DNA of 34,067 nucleotides from an uncultured Lachnospiraceae bacterium (GTDB lineage Bacteria; Bacillota; Clostridia; Lachnospirales; Lachnospiraceae): NCBI GenBank assembly GCA_902803305.1, contig CADCPL010000146.1, positions 1 to 34,067 of the forward strand, read 5' to 3'. Shown piece by piece: positions 25,368 to 34,067 of this stretch (position 1 is its first letter; each line of letters starts with the position of its first letter). The notes under the pieces were generated by a model. It saw only the letters and a program-made list of their open reading frames with translations, ran no database searches and was not told where the DNA came from. The position numbers and the translations under genes were made by a program.

Positions 25368-26520
25368 CTTTTATCCCCTCTGCTTCAAGCTCCTCCGGCG
25401 TAAAGATCCTCATCTTTCGGAAATCCTCTAGCAGCATCTTCGTGCTGTATATAAAGTTCGAGAACAGCCCTGCTTTATACAGGTTGTATACTATCATCCC
25501 GATCGGTACCGCAACGATAAGTCCGAAGGCACCTTTGATCCTGAAGCCGACATACAGGAGTATCAGCGTCGGTATCGCCGGCATTCCGATCGAATCGCCG
25601 ACAAGCTTGGGCTGTATGAGCTGACGGATGAGCTGTGAAAGGCCCCACACTATCATCATACCGACCGCGAACTTGTAATCCTTTTGAATGACCGCGTACA
25701 GCGCCCATGGCCACATGGCGGCTCCGGTACCGAAGAACGGCAGAAAATCAAGAAGCGCGATTATGAGTGCGATCAGGAAGGCATAATCGATCCCGAGGAC
25801 CAGAAATCCCGCGAACAACACGATATATACAAAACCCATTATCTTGAACTGCGCCTTGAAATACCCTCCGACAGCCGATTTCATGGTCTGAGTCACTATG
25901 GCAAAACGTTCCTGAAGATGCTTGGGAAGTATCTTTCTTGCAAACTTTCCTATCTGTTCGCGTTCCGCAACAAAAAGATAGCTTGCCAGAACACACATGA
26001 TAATGCCCACAAGGAAGAGAGGCGCGTTTTTCACGCCGTTTCCGGCGGACTGTGCGGCACGCTCACCGATCGAAGATCCGAGCGATGACAGGGAATCATA
26101 AATATTCTCTCCGAGATTCTCAAAGAAATCCTTTGATCCCTTCGGAAGAAGCTCGTATCTGCTGCTCATCTCCTGTGACAGATTCCTGATCGATCCGTTT
26201 ACCTTCGCCCACATATCGGGCGCGCTTGTGAAAAATCCCACCACCTGGGTAGCGAGCACGTAGATGATGCCGTAACATGCCGCTCCGACAACAGCGATCG
26301 TGAGCACTATGACCACTACGGATCCGGCCCTGCGCTTTATCTTCATCTTTTTCTCAAGAAAACGAACGAGCGGATTGGCGATCGCCGCAATGATCGCAGC
26401 CACAACGAAAGGCCAGAAAAACTCCAGTGCCCATGGCAGAACGAATATGACAAGTACCGCCATTATGATGGCGAACAGGTAATTAAACAGTATCTTCAAG
26501 TATTTTGTCGATGATCTCAT
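25348..26520 (-). CDS. ytvI: AI-2E/PerM-family integral membrane protein (YtvI-like)
   Basis: Polytopic, with the conserved LLDFLPFFGTGAAMWPWA and LIQPKLVGDSIGM motifs of the family. Overlaps both neighbours (20 nt and 38 nt). Confidence 0.75.
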   Translation of the reverse strand: MRSSTKYLKILFNYLFAIIMAVLVIFVLPWALEFFWPFVVAAIIAAIANPLVRFLEKKMKIKRRAGSVVVIVLTIAVVGAACYGIIYVLATQVVGFFTSAPDMWAKVNGSIRNLSQEMSSRYELLPKGSKDFFENLGENIYDSLSSLGSSIGERAAQSAGNGVKNAPLFLVGIIMCVLASYLFVAEREQIGKFARKILPKHLQERFAIVTQTMKSAVGGYFKAQFKIMGFVYIVLFAGFLVLGIDYAFLIALIIALLDFLPFFGTGAAMWPWALYAVIQKDYKFAVGMMIVWGLSQLIRQLIQPKLVGDSIGMPAIPTLILLYVGFRIKGAFGLIVAVPIGMIVYNLYKAGLFSNFIYSTKMLLEDFRKMRIFTPEELEAEGIKDDNTSC

Positions 26521-27073
26521 ATATCTCCTCCCTGCCCTGTTTGCTTACGGCAGAAAAAGGTACAACAGACTCTTTTGCAGCCCCAAGCGCAGTACATACA
26601 AGCTTTATCTGCTTATCGATCTGACTTCTCTTTATCTTATCGAGCTTGGTGGCGATGATGACGGGCTCATATCCCGACGATACGATCCAGTCATACATCA
26701 TCTTATCGTTGGCGCCCGGCTCATGACGTATATCAATGAGCAGGAAAACGCGTTTTAACCGGTTCGAAGTGCGAAGATACTTCTCGATCATCTTCCCCCA
26801 TTTTTCCACCTCGGTCTTTGAAGCCTTGGCATATCCGTATCCGGGCAGATCAACAAAGTATATCTCTTCGTTTATGTTGTAAAAATTGATCGTCTGCGTC
26901 TTGCCGGGCTGCGAACTCGTCCTCGCATAACTCTTGCGGTTCATAAGAGCATTTATGAGTGATGATTTTCCGACATTTGACTTTCCCGCAAACGCAACCT
27001 CGGGAAGGCTGTTATCCGGGAGTTTGCTCGTAACCCCGCACACGGTCTCTAAATTTACATTCTTTATTACCAT
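26483..27073 (-). CDS. engB: Ribosome biogenesis GTPase EngB/YsxC
   Basis: G1 GKSNVGKSS, G3 DLPGYG and G4 TKLDK. Conserved position downstream of lon. Confidence 0.92.
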   Translation of the reverse strand: MVIKNVNLETVCGVTSKLPDNSLPEVAFAGKSNVGKSSLINALMNRKSYARTSSQPGKTQTINFYNINEEIYFVDLPGYGYAKASKTEVEKWGKMIEKYLRTSNRLKRVFLLIDIRHEPGANDKMMYDWIVSSGYEPVIIATKLDKIKRSQIDKQIKLVCTALGAAKESVVPFSAVSKQGREEIYEIIDKILEDTV

Positions 27074-27085
27074 AGCTTATCCGTA

Positions 27086-29449
27086 TCAGATGATCGAGTG
27101 CTTCAGCACTTCATCCATATGAGAGACGTACACGATCCTAAGCCCCCGTGTGATCTCCTCGTCCAGTTCCTCAATATCCTTCGTGTTCGCTGCGGGCACA
27201 AGCACCTTTTTGATCCCCGCGTTCTTTGCCGCAAGCACCTTTTCCTTCAGTCCTCCGATCGGAAGGACCCTTCCGCGCAGCGTTATCTCGCCGGTCATCG
27301 CAACATCGGCTCTTACCTTACGGCATGTAATAGCCGAAAACAGTGCAGTTGCCATCGTTATCCCGGCTGAAGGCCCGTCCTTCGGAACACTTCCTTCGGG
27401 AATATGGAGATGAAAATCATGTTTTTTGAAATAATCGGGCGATATTTTATGTGCGGGTGCTATCGAACGGATATAGCTCATTCCCGCCTGAGCCGACTCC
27501 TTCATGACATCCCCGAGCTGGCCGGTAAGGAGTATCTCGCCTTTGCCCGGCATAACATTTACTTCTATCGACAGAGTATCCCCGCCGACGCTTGTCCATG
27601 CAAGCCCGCGGACTATACCGACCTCGTCGTTTTTGTTCTTTTTTTCCTGTTCGTATCTGCGTATCCCGAGAAAATCATACAGGTTGGCTCTCGTTACCCT
27701 GACCGTTTTCTTCCCGTCCTGATAGATCATCCTGGCAGCTTTTCGACAGATGGCGCCGATCTTTCGCTCGAGCGATCTGACTCCGGCTTCTTTTGTATAT
27801 CCGCTGACTATATCATGCCAAACGGTATCGGCTACCACGAGCTGGCCCTTTTTGAGGCCGTTTTTCTTCTGCTGTTTCGGGAACAGATGCTCTTTTGCAA
27901 TATGGATCTTTTCATTTTCGGTATAGCTGCTGACCTCGATAACTTCCATCCTGTCAAGAAGAGGCCTGGGGATATCGGACAGACTGTTCGCGGTAGCGAT
28001 GAACAGTACCTCGGAAAGATCTGTCGGGATCTCTATATAATGATCGGAAAACCTAACATTCTGCTCGCTGTCGAGTACTTCAAGCAGCGCTGAAGACGGG
28101 TCCCCTTTATAGTCGTTGCTCATCTTGTCTATTTCATCCAACAGCATGAGCGGATTCTTAACGCCCGCATTCTTCAGTCCGACTGCGATCCTTCCGGGCA
28201 TGGCTCCGACATAGGTCCTTCTGTGACCTCTGATCTCAGCCTCATCCCTTACTCCTCCGAGGCTGATCCTTACATACTTTTTATCAAGCGCCGCTGCAAC
28301 AGATCTTGCTATGCTTGTTTTACCCGTTCCGGGAGGTCCGACAAGACATATTATCGGAGACTGCCCTTTTTTCGTGAGGTTTCGAACTGCCAGGAACTCA
28401 AGCATGCGTTCCTTTACTTTATCAAGTCCGTAGTGATCCCTGTTCAGGATACGCTCGGCACGGTCTATATCCCTGTTGTCGGTCGACGCACGGTCCCACG
28501 GCATGGCAAGAAGAGTTTCGATATATCCGCGTGATACCTCCGCCTCCGAAGAGCCGTCATGGAGGCGACTGAACCGGTCAATTTCTTTCAGGATCTTCTC
28601 TTTAACATCGGCCTTTGCCTTAAGATGCCCTACCTCTTCCCTGTATTTTTCCTCCTCCGTGGCGGTACTTCCCTCGCCGAGTTCCTCCTTGATCACGCGG
28701 AGCTGTTCGCGAAGGACATATTCCTTTTGATTCTTGTCAACGCGTTCTTTTATCTGTTTTGCGATATTCGTCTTGATGTTCAGGACGTCGACTTCCCGCT
28801 GCATTATGGTCATGAGCGACATGAAACGCTCCTCAATCGTCTCACAGGAAAGCAGATACTGTCTGTCCGAAAACTGCATCGGCACATTTATGGCCACATA
28901 ATCAAGCAGTTCCGACAGTTTTTCGGCTTCATCAAACTGGCGGGTCAGGGTCTTTCCGATCGATGGATTATATGAAAGGAGCGAAGACAGGAGTTCCTTG
29001 AGTATGTTCATCCTGGCCCTGATCTGGTGTCTTGCCTCTTCACTGTCCGGGAGCATATCCGGATTGACCGGGCAAACATTTTTATCTATGTACCAGTCAT
29101 CGACAGCCACTATCTCTTTGACCGTGGCAATGAGATACTCGTCCTTCTCCAGATCGATGAGTCTTGCGCGAAAATCACCTTCGACCAGTACCCTCAAAAG
29201 GCCGTCGGGAAGCTTTACCACCTGTTTTATGGAACATACGCATCCGCACGAATACACCCCCGGTCTGTCCGATCTGTCCCCGGTTTCCCTGTCGGATACT
29301 ACAAAAAGCCTTCGGTCCTTGACCATGGCTTTTTCCACGGCTTTGGTGCCCGAAGGGGATTTGATATCAAAATGAATGACCATGCTCGGAAGCACTGCCA
29401 TTTTATCTACAACAACGCAAGCGAATTTCTTCTTCGTTATCCTACGCAA
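27086..29449 (-). CDS. lon: ATP-dependent Lon protease (LonA)
   Basis: LON N-domain, Walker A GPPGTGKTS, Walker B LLDEIDK, and the protease motif PKDGPSAGITMATAL. Confidence 0.95.
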   Translation of the reverse strand: MRRITKKKFACVVVDKMAVLPSMVIHFDIKSPSGTKAVEKAMVKDRRLFVVSDRETGDRSDRPGVYSCGCVCSIKQVVKLPDGLLRVLVEGDFRARLIDLEKDEYLIATVKEIVAVDDWYIDKNVCPVNPDMLPDSEEARHQIRARMNILKELLSSLLSYNPSIGKTLTRQFDEAEKLSELLDYVAINVPMQFSDRQYLLSCETIEERFMSLMTIMQREVDVLNIKTNIAKQIKERVDKNQKEYVLREQLRVIKEELGEGSTATEEEKYREEVGHLKAKADVKEKILKEIDRFSRLHDGSSEAEVSRGYIETLLAMPWDRASTDNRDIDRAERILNRDHYGLDKVKERMLEFLAVRNLTKKGQSPIICLVGPPGTGKTSIARSVAAALDKKYVRISLGGVRDEAEIRGHRRTYVGAMPGRIAVGLKNAGVKNPLMLLDEIDKMSNDYKGDPSSALLEVLDSEQNVRFSDHYIEIPTDLSEVLFIATANSLSDIPRPLLDRMEVIEVSSYTENEKIHIAKEHLFPKQQKKNGLKKGQLVVADTVWHDIVSGYTKEAGVRSLERKIGAICRKAARMIYQDGKKTVRVTRANLYDFLGIRRYEQEKKNKNDEVGIVRGLAWTSVGGDTLSIEVNVMPGKGEILLTGQLGDVMKESAQAGMSYIRSIAPAHKISPDYFKKHDFHLHIPEGSVPKDGPSAGITMATALFSAITCRKVRADVAMTGEITLRGRVLPIGGLKEKVLAAKNAGIKKVLVPAANTKDIEELDEEITRGLRIVYVSHMDEVLKHSII

Positions 29450-29451
29450 AA

Positions 29452-30720
29452 TTACTCTGCTTTCTTAAGACTCTTTCTTACTTTTTCGTTGTTACGCACT
29501 ATCAGGGGAGCTCCCTCACCCGTCACGGCACCTTTTGTGATCACACATTTTGTGATGGAATCATCAGATGGGATCTCAAACATAAGATCGTTCATTATCC
29601 CCTCAAGAATTGATCTCAGTCCTCTTGCGCCGGTCTTTTTCTCGTAAGCCTTGTGAGCTATCTCGCGAACGGCATCGTCCTCGAATTCAAGTTCAACGCC
29701 GTCAAGCTCAAACAGTTTCTTGTACTGCTTGAGGATGGCGTTCTTCGGCTCGGTGAGCACCTTGGTAAGAGCTTCCTCGTCAAGCCCTTCAAGGCTGACG
29801 CAGATCGGTACTCTTCCGACAAACTCAGGTATCAGGCCGAACTTGATAAGATCCTCGGGCTGTACCTGCTGCAGGAGCGCACCTATCTCATGCTCCGTCT
29901 TGTTTGCGATCTCAGCGCCGAATCCGATGGATTTTCTGTCGAGACGGTTCTCCACTATCTTCTCGAGACCGTCAAATGCCCCGCCGCAAAGGAACAGTAT
30001 ATTTGTAGTGTTTATTGGTATCAGTTCCTGATGAGGATGCTTCCTGCCGCCCTGAGGAGGTACCGAAGCATTTGTTCCCTCGATTATCTTAAGCAACGCC
30101 TGCTGCACGCCTTCTCCCGACACATCTCTCGTGATCGAGACGTTTTCAGATTTTCTCGTTATCTTATCTATCTCATCTATATAGATGATACCGTATTCGG
30201 CTTTTTCAATGTTGTAGTCCGCTGCCTGAATGACTTTGAGAAGAATGTTCTCAACATCCTCGCCGACATATCCGGCTTCGGTAAGTGCAGTCGCATCAGC
30301 TATGGCAAAAGGAACATTGATGATCTTGGCAAGTGTCTGAGCAAGAAGAGTCTTACCCGAACCTGTCGGTCCGATCATTATCACATTTGATTTCTGAAGC
30401 TCCACTCCCGAATCCTTTTGCGACAGTATTCTCTTATAGTGATTGTATACGGCCACGGAGAGGACCTTTTTAGCCTCTTCCTGACCTATGACATTCTCAT
30501 CGAGAAACTCCTTCATCTCCTTGGGCTTGACGAGATTGATCTCAAAATCACTTTCCTCGGTCTGTGCCTCTTCCGCCTCAAACAGCTCGTCTTCAACGAT
30601 CTCCATGCATACTTCTATACATTCATCGCAGATGAAGACTCCCTCCGGACCTGCTATGAGCTTCTTGACCTGATCCTGGCTCTTTCCGCAAAAAGAACAT
30701 CTTATATCTTTCTTTGCCAT
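29452..30720 (-). CDS. clpX: ATP-dependent Clp protease ATP-binding subunit ClpX
   Basis: Zinc ribbon CSFCGK...CDEC, Walker A GPTGSGKT, and IYIDEIDK. Confidence 0.96.
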   Translation of the reverse strand: MAKKDIRCSFCGKSQDQVKKLIAGPEGVFICDECIEVCMEIVEDELFEAEEAQTEESDFEINLVKPKEMKEFLDENVIGQEEAKKVLSVAVYNHYKRILSQKDSGVELQKSNVIMIGPTGSGKTLLAQTLAKIINVPFAIADATALTEAGYVGEDVENILLKVIQAADYNIEKAEYGIIYIDEIDKITRKSENVSITRDVSGEGVQQALLKIIEGTNASVPPQGGRKHPHQELIPINTTNILFLCGGAFDGLEKIVENRLDRKSIGFGAEIANKTEHEIGALLQQVQPEDLIKFGLIPEFVGRVPICVSLEGLDEEALTKVLTEPKNAILKQYKKLFELDGVELEFEDDAVREIAHKAYEKKTGARGLRSILEGIMNDLMFEIPSDDSITKCVITKGAVTGEGAPLIVRNNEKVRKSLKKAE

Positions 30721-31307
30721 CAGTTAGACCTTTCTGAAATGATCTTATCCACTAATCCGTATTCAAGCGCTTCCTCGGCACTCATCCAGTTATCTCTTTC
30801 CGTATCGGCCGCAACCTTTTCAAGGGGCTGTCCGCAGTTCTCCGAAAGGATCCTGTTAAGACGCTCTTTGGTGCGAAGGATCTGCTTTGCAACGATCTCG
30901 ATCTCGGTAGCCTGTCCTTTTGCACCGCCCGAAGGCTGATGTATCATGATCTCGGCATTGGGCAGGACAAATCTCTTGCCCTTGGCTCCGCCCGCAAGGA
31001 GGAACGCTCCCATGCTGGCTGCCATTCCGATACAGTATGTTGCCACATCACATTTTACGTAATGCATTGTGTCATAGATCGCAAAACCGTCGGTTACCGA
31101 TCCGCCGGGACTGTTGATGTAAAAATGTATATCCTTCTCGGGATCTTCTGCCTCAAGGAACATCATCTGAGCCACGATAAGGTTCGCAGTCGTATCGTTC
31201 ACTTCCTCACCGAGGAACACTATCCTTTCCTTGAGAAGCCTGGAATATATGTCGTAGCTGCGTTCACCGCGGCTGGTCTGTTCAATGACGTAAGGTACTA
31301 AACTCAT
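30720..31307 (-). CDS. clpP: ATP-dependent Clp protease proteolytic subunit
   Basis: Catalytic [11 protein letters not shown] and IMIHQP motifs. Overlaps clpX by 1 nt. Confidence 0.96.
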   Translation of the reverse strand: MSLVPYVIEQTSRGERSYDIYSRLLKERIVFLGEEVNDTTANLIVAQMMFLEAEDPEKDIHFYINSPGGSVTDGFAIYDTMHYVKCDVATYCIGMAASMGAFLLAGGAKGKRFVLPNAEIMIHQPSGGAKGQATEIEIVAKQILRTKERLNRILSENCGQPLEKVAADTERDNWMSAEEALEYGLVDKIISERSN

Positions 31308-32603
31308 TTATTTCTCCTTTGCACTTTCCACTATAAGATCAACGGCCTTCTGGATCTTGATATCCTCGACGATCTGATTTTTACCGTATTCGTCATCTCC
31401 GATATACTCTTTGAGCTTATCGAGCTCCATCTTTGACTCCTCGGCCATGCGCTCAAGTTCCTTCTCGTATTCGTCATCACTTACTTCAAAGCCTTCCGCC
31501 TTCACGATCGCTTCAAGCACGAGCCTTGACTCGATCCTCTTAAGCGCACCGGGCTTCATCTGTGCGGTAAACTTCTCCATATCAAGTCCCGTGAACATGA
31601 AATACTGTTCAAGCGACAATCCCTGGCTCTGAAGTCTCCTTGCATAATCGTTTATCATGGTCCTGACCTGCGTATCGACCATTGCCTCGGGAATATCCAT
31701 CTTGGAATCTTTGATGATCGCCTCTATGACCGCGTCTTCCTTCTTATCCTTTGCTTCTTTTTCCTTCTTCTCGGCAAGGTTCTTCTTCACATCTTCGCGG
31801 TACTCGGCCATCGTATCAAACTCAGATACCTCGGATGCGAACTCGTCATCAAGCTCCGGAAGTTCCTTTTCCTTGATCTCGTTTATCTTTACCTTGAACA
31901 CGGCAGGTTTGCCTGCAAGGTCCTTGGCATTGTAGTCCTCGGGGAAAGTCACGTTTACATCGATCTCATCACCCGTGTTCTTGCCGATGATCTGTTCCTC
32001 AAATCCCGGGATGAACGAATGCGATCCGATAACGAGAGGATAATTGTCTCCCTTACCGCCTTCGAATGCCACTCCGTCCATGAAACCTTCAAAATCTATG
32101 ACAGCCGTATCTCCGTCCTTTACCGCGCGATCAGTAACTGTTATCGTTCTTGCGTTTGCTTCCTGCTCACGCTTGATCTCCTTATCGATATCCTCATCCG
32201 TAACTTCGGTTTCTATCTTGTCTATCTTGACACCCTTATACTTTCCGAGCTCTACGGGAGGCTTTAACGCGACTTCTGCCGTAAAGATGAAATTCTTGCC
32301 CTTCTCAAGCTGTACCACATCTATCTTGGGCTGGGATACGATCTCCAGTTCCTTGTTGTTATCAACTTCCTCGGCATATGCGTCGGGTATCATGAAGTTT
32401 GCCGCATCCTCATAGAAAACCTCGGGACCGTACATCTTCTCGATCATTGCCTGAGGGACCTTTCCCTTCCTGAATCCCGGCACACTCATCTTACCCTTGT
32501 TCTTATCGTAAGCCTTTTTAATAGCCTCAGTTACCTTCGCGGCATCAACCTCGATGGTAAGCTTTGCCATGTTCTTTTCTAACTTCTCGACCTGTAAACT
32601 CAT
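31308..32603 (-). CDS. tig: Trigger factor
   Basis: Ribosome-binding GFRKGKVP motif, a central FKBP-type PPIase and tig-clpP-clpX synteny. Confidence 0.95.
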   Translation of the reverse strand: MSLQVEKLEKNMAKLTIEVDAAKVTEAIKKAYDKNKGKMSVPGFRKGKVPQAMIEKMYGPEVFYEDAANFMIPDAYAEEVDNNKELEIVSQPKIDVVQLEKGKNFIFTAEVALKPPVELGKYKGVKIDKIETEVTDEDIDKEIKREQEANARTITVTDRAVKDGDTAVIDFEGFMDGVAFEGGKGDNYPLVIGSHSFIPGFEEQIIGKNTGDEIDVNVTFPEDYNAKDLAGKPAVFKVKINEIKEKELPELDDEFASEVSEFDTMAEYREDVKKNLAEKKEKEAKDKKEDAVIEAIIKDSKMDIPEAMVDTQVRTMINDYARRLQSQGLSLEQYFMFTGLDMEKFTAQMKPGALKRIESRLVLEAIVKAEGFEVSDDEYEKELERMAEESKMELDKLKEYIGDDEYGKNQIVEDIKIQKAVDLIVESAKEK

Positions 32604-32649
32604 TATCCGTTATCCTCCAAATATTGTCTGTAAACATACCTGAAGAAGC

Positions 32650-32658
32650 ATTATAGCA
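32650..32658 (-). promoter_or_regulatory. Extended -10 element (TGCTATAAT) of a putative tig promoter
   Basis: The reverse strand of 32650-32658 reads TGCTATAAT, about 45 nt upstream of the tig ATG. Only a weak -35 (TTTTAT-like) is present. Confidence 0.4.
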
Positions 32659-32681
32659 TAAGAATAAGGTAAATAAAAGGA

Positions 32682-32927
32682 TTAATTGCTTTTAAGCCTC
32701 TTTATGATCTCGGGGTAATTATCGGCCATGTGCGGATATACACAGTCCTTGCAGTTTTTGATCGTTTTGCCCCCGGCCTCTGTCATCTCATAGTTTCCGG
32801 GACAATCCATGTGATAGAGCGGACAGTAGCAGAACAGACAGTTGATGTCCTCATCGCTTTCATGGCACGGATAGTACCTGCACTGCTTATTCGCAAAAAA
32901 AGCCGCTGAATTCTTATGTTCCTTCAT
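32682..32927 (-). CDS. Cysteine-rich small domain protein (zinc-ribbon-like), coupled to cbiA
   Basis: 81 aa with eight Cys in CxxC/CxC-like spacing (CRYYPCH, CLFCYCPLY, CKDC). The start overlaps the cbiA stop by 4 nt. Confidence 0.6.
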   Translation of the reverse strand: MKEHKNSAAFFANKQCRYYPCHESDEDINCLFCYCPLYHMDCPGNYEMTEAGGKTIKNCKDCVYPHMADNYPEIIKRLKSN

Positions 32928-34067
32928 GACATCTCCCTTGTGATCCTGTTGTTTTCATAAGCTCGCATTTCCGCAACAAATGCCTCGATCGCTTTCGGAT
33001 CCGACGGATAGTACAGATGCAGAAATCCCCAGAGACTTCCGCCTCTTGCGATCATGGATCTGTATGTACTGTCCGACGAAGGCTTATAAAGCAAGGCATC
33101 ACCTTGATCGCATGTGCTTTCGTAGTAGTGAAACTCATGTCCCCTCATACCGGCCAGCTGCAAGTAAAAATCATCCGCGCCGACTTTTTCGCATTCCTTG
33201 ATCTGTGAATAGCCGAGTCCCGCGATCTTTCCGGTGTTTCTGCAGCTCCCTTTTATCACTCCCACCATCGGATAAGGCGTCCCCGTTTTACCCTCTATCG
33301 TTTCATGAAGATACATGAACCCTCCGCATTCGGCAAGAGTCGGCATTCCGGACTCTACAGCTGCTCTTACGGACATTTTCATCGCTTCGTTTTCGGCAAG
33401 CTCCTTAAGATGCAGTTCCGGATATCCCCCTCCGAGCAGAATGCCGCTGACATCGCCCGGTACTTGTTCATCATGTAACGGCGAAAAATAAACTATCCGG
33501 GCGCCCAGCTGCTCAAGGAGCCTCAGATTCTCCCGATAGTAAAAACAAAACGCCTCGTCTCTTGCGACGCCGATACAGACTTCAGGATCCACAGGCTTTA
33601 CCGAACTTTTATGCGATATTGTCGACGCGATCTTCGGTGCATTTGATGCGATCTTAAGTATTGCCTCAATATCGCAGTTTTCTTCAAGATGATCGGCCAT
33701 ATGGCTGATCTTTTCCTTTATGTCATGCATCTCAGCGGGCATCATAAGTCCGAGATGGCGGCTCGGCAGCTGCATGCATTCATCTGTCGGGAGCCCTCCG
33801 ATGATCTCAATATCCAAGCCTTCTTTTTCAAGCTCTTCCGAAAGGACCGGGCGTATCTTTTCGTAAAAGTTCCGGGATATCCTGTTAAGTATCACACCCT
33901 TTATGAGCCGCTCTCTGTCATCGTTTGCTATCCCTTTTATGACGGATGCTATCGTGCGACCCATGCCTTTTGCATCGACAACAAGTATAACGGGTGTTTC
34001 CGTCATCTTGGCTATCTCATAACTCGATCCCTTTATCCCCCGCACATCCGCACCGTCATATAGTCCC
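32924..34067 (-). CDS. cbiA: Cobyrinate a,c-diamide synthase, C-terminal part (gene continues beyond the window)
   Basis: PVILVVDAKGMGRT, the glutamine amidotransferase nucleophile LAECGGFMYL, and GHEFHY. The frame stays open upstream of the track's GTG start through to position 34067 (..GLYDGADVRGIKG..). Confidence 0.85.
   Translation of the reverse strand, partial: GLYDGADVRGIKGSSYEIAKMTETPVILVVDAKGMGRTIASVIKGIANDDRERLIKGVILNRISRNFYEKIRPVLSEELEKEGLDIEIIGGLPTDECMQLPSRHLGLMMPAEMHDIKEKISHMADHLEENCDIEAILKIASNAPKIASTISHKSSVKPVDPEVCIGVARDEAFCFYYRENLRLLEQLGARIVYFSPLHDEQVPGDVSGILLGGGYPELHLKELAENEAMKMSVRAAVESGMPTLAECGGFMYLHETIEGKTGTPYPMVGVIKGSCRNTGKIAGLGYSQIKECEKVGADDFYLQLAGMRGHEFHYYESTCDQGDALLYKPSSDSTYRSMIARGGSLWGFLHLYYPSDPKAIEAFVAEMRAYENNRITREMS

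Noticed and set aside
1-34067. A search for CRISPR arrays, tRNA/rRNA genes, transposases, integrases, phage genes or long direct repeats flanking the T7SS block
   Set aside because: I recognised none by eye. Intergenic spacers are all shorter than 260 nt and are accounted for by promoters and operators. The locus therefore cannot be called a mobile island from this window alone.

Overview
This is a chromosomal segment from a Firmicutes genome, probably a spore-forming Clostridia member. The evidence is GerM-like and YtvI-like genes and tig-clpP-clpX-lon-engB synteny. Almost everything is on the minus strand and tightly packed.

Housekeeping content:
- comEC (5' fragment), a GerM-like lipoprotein, an OmpR-type two-component system, comEA and htrA.
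- An orphan MalE-like solute-binding protein.
- An arginine regulon: GNAT-argJ-argB-argD divergent from argG across an operator-rich spacer, with argC displaced 12.5 kb away.
- DUF1294, DJ-1/PfpI, CYTH, a CDF transporter and ytvI.
- engB-lon-clpX-clpP-tig, then a Cys-rich small protein and cbiA (3' part).

The stand-out is an eight-gene, translationally coupled operon at 13646-21419 (minus strand) that looks like a stripped-down type VII secretion system (T7SSb-like). Its genes in transcription order are:
- a short EssC-like FtsK/SpoIIIE ATPase with a single FHA domain;
- a YukD/EsaB ubiquitin-like protein;
- four tandem WXG100 paralogues;
- a vWA-TM-FHA membrane protein not known as a T7SS component;
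- an Mbeg1-like (GHSKGG) lipase whose C-terminus, not N-terminus, looks like a WXG100/LXG targeting domain carrying a YxxxE motif.

No EssA, EssB/YukC or EsaA/YueB homologue and no obvious immunity gene is visible in the window. An orphan LytTR response regulator converges on the operon and overlaps its 3' end.

All domain calls come from motif recognition by eye. No database searches were run.
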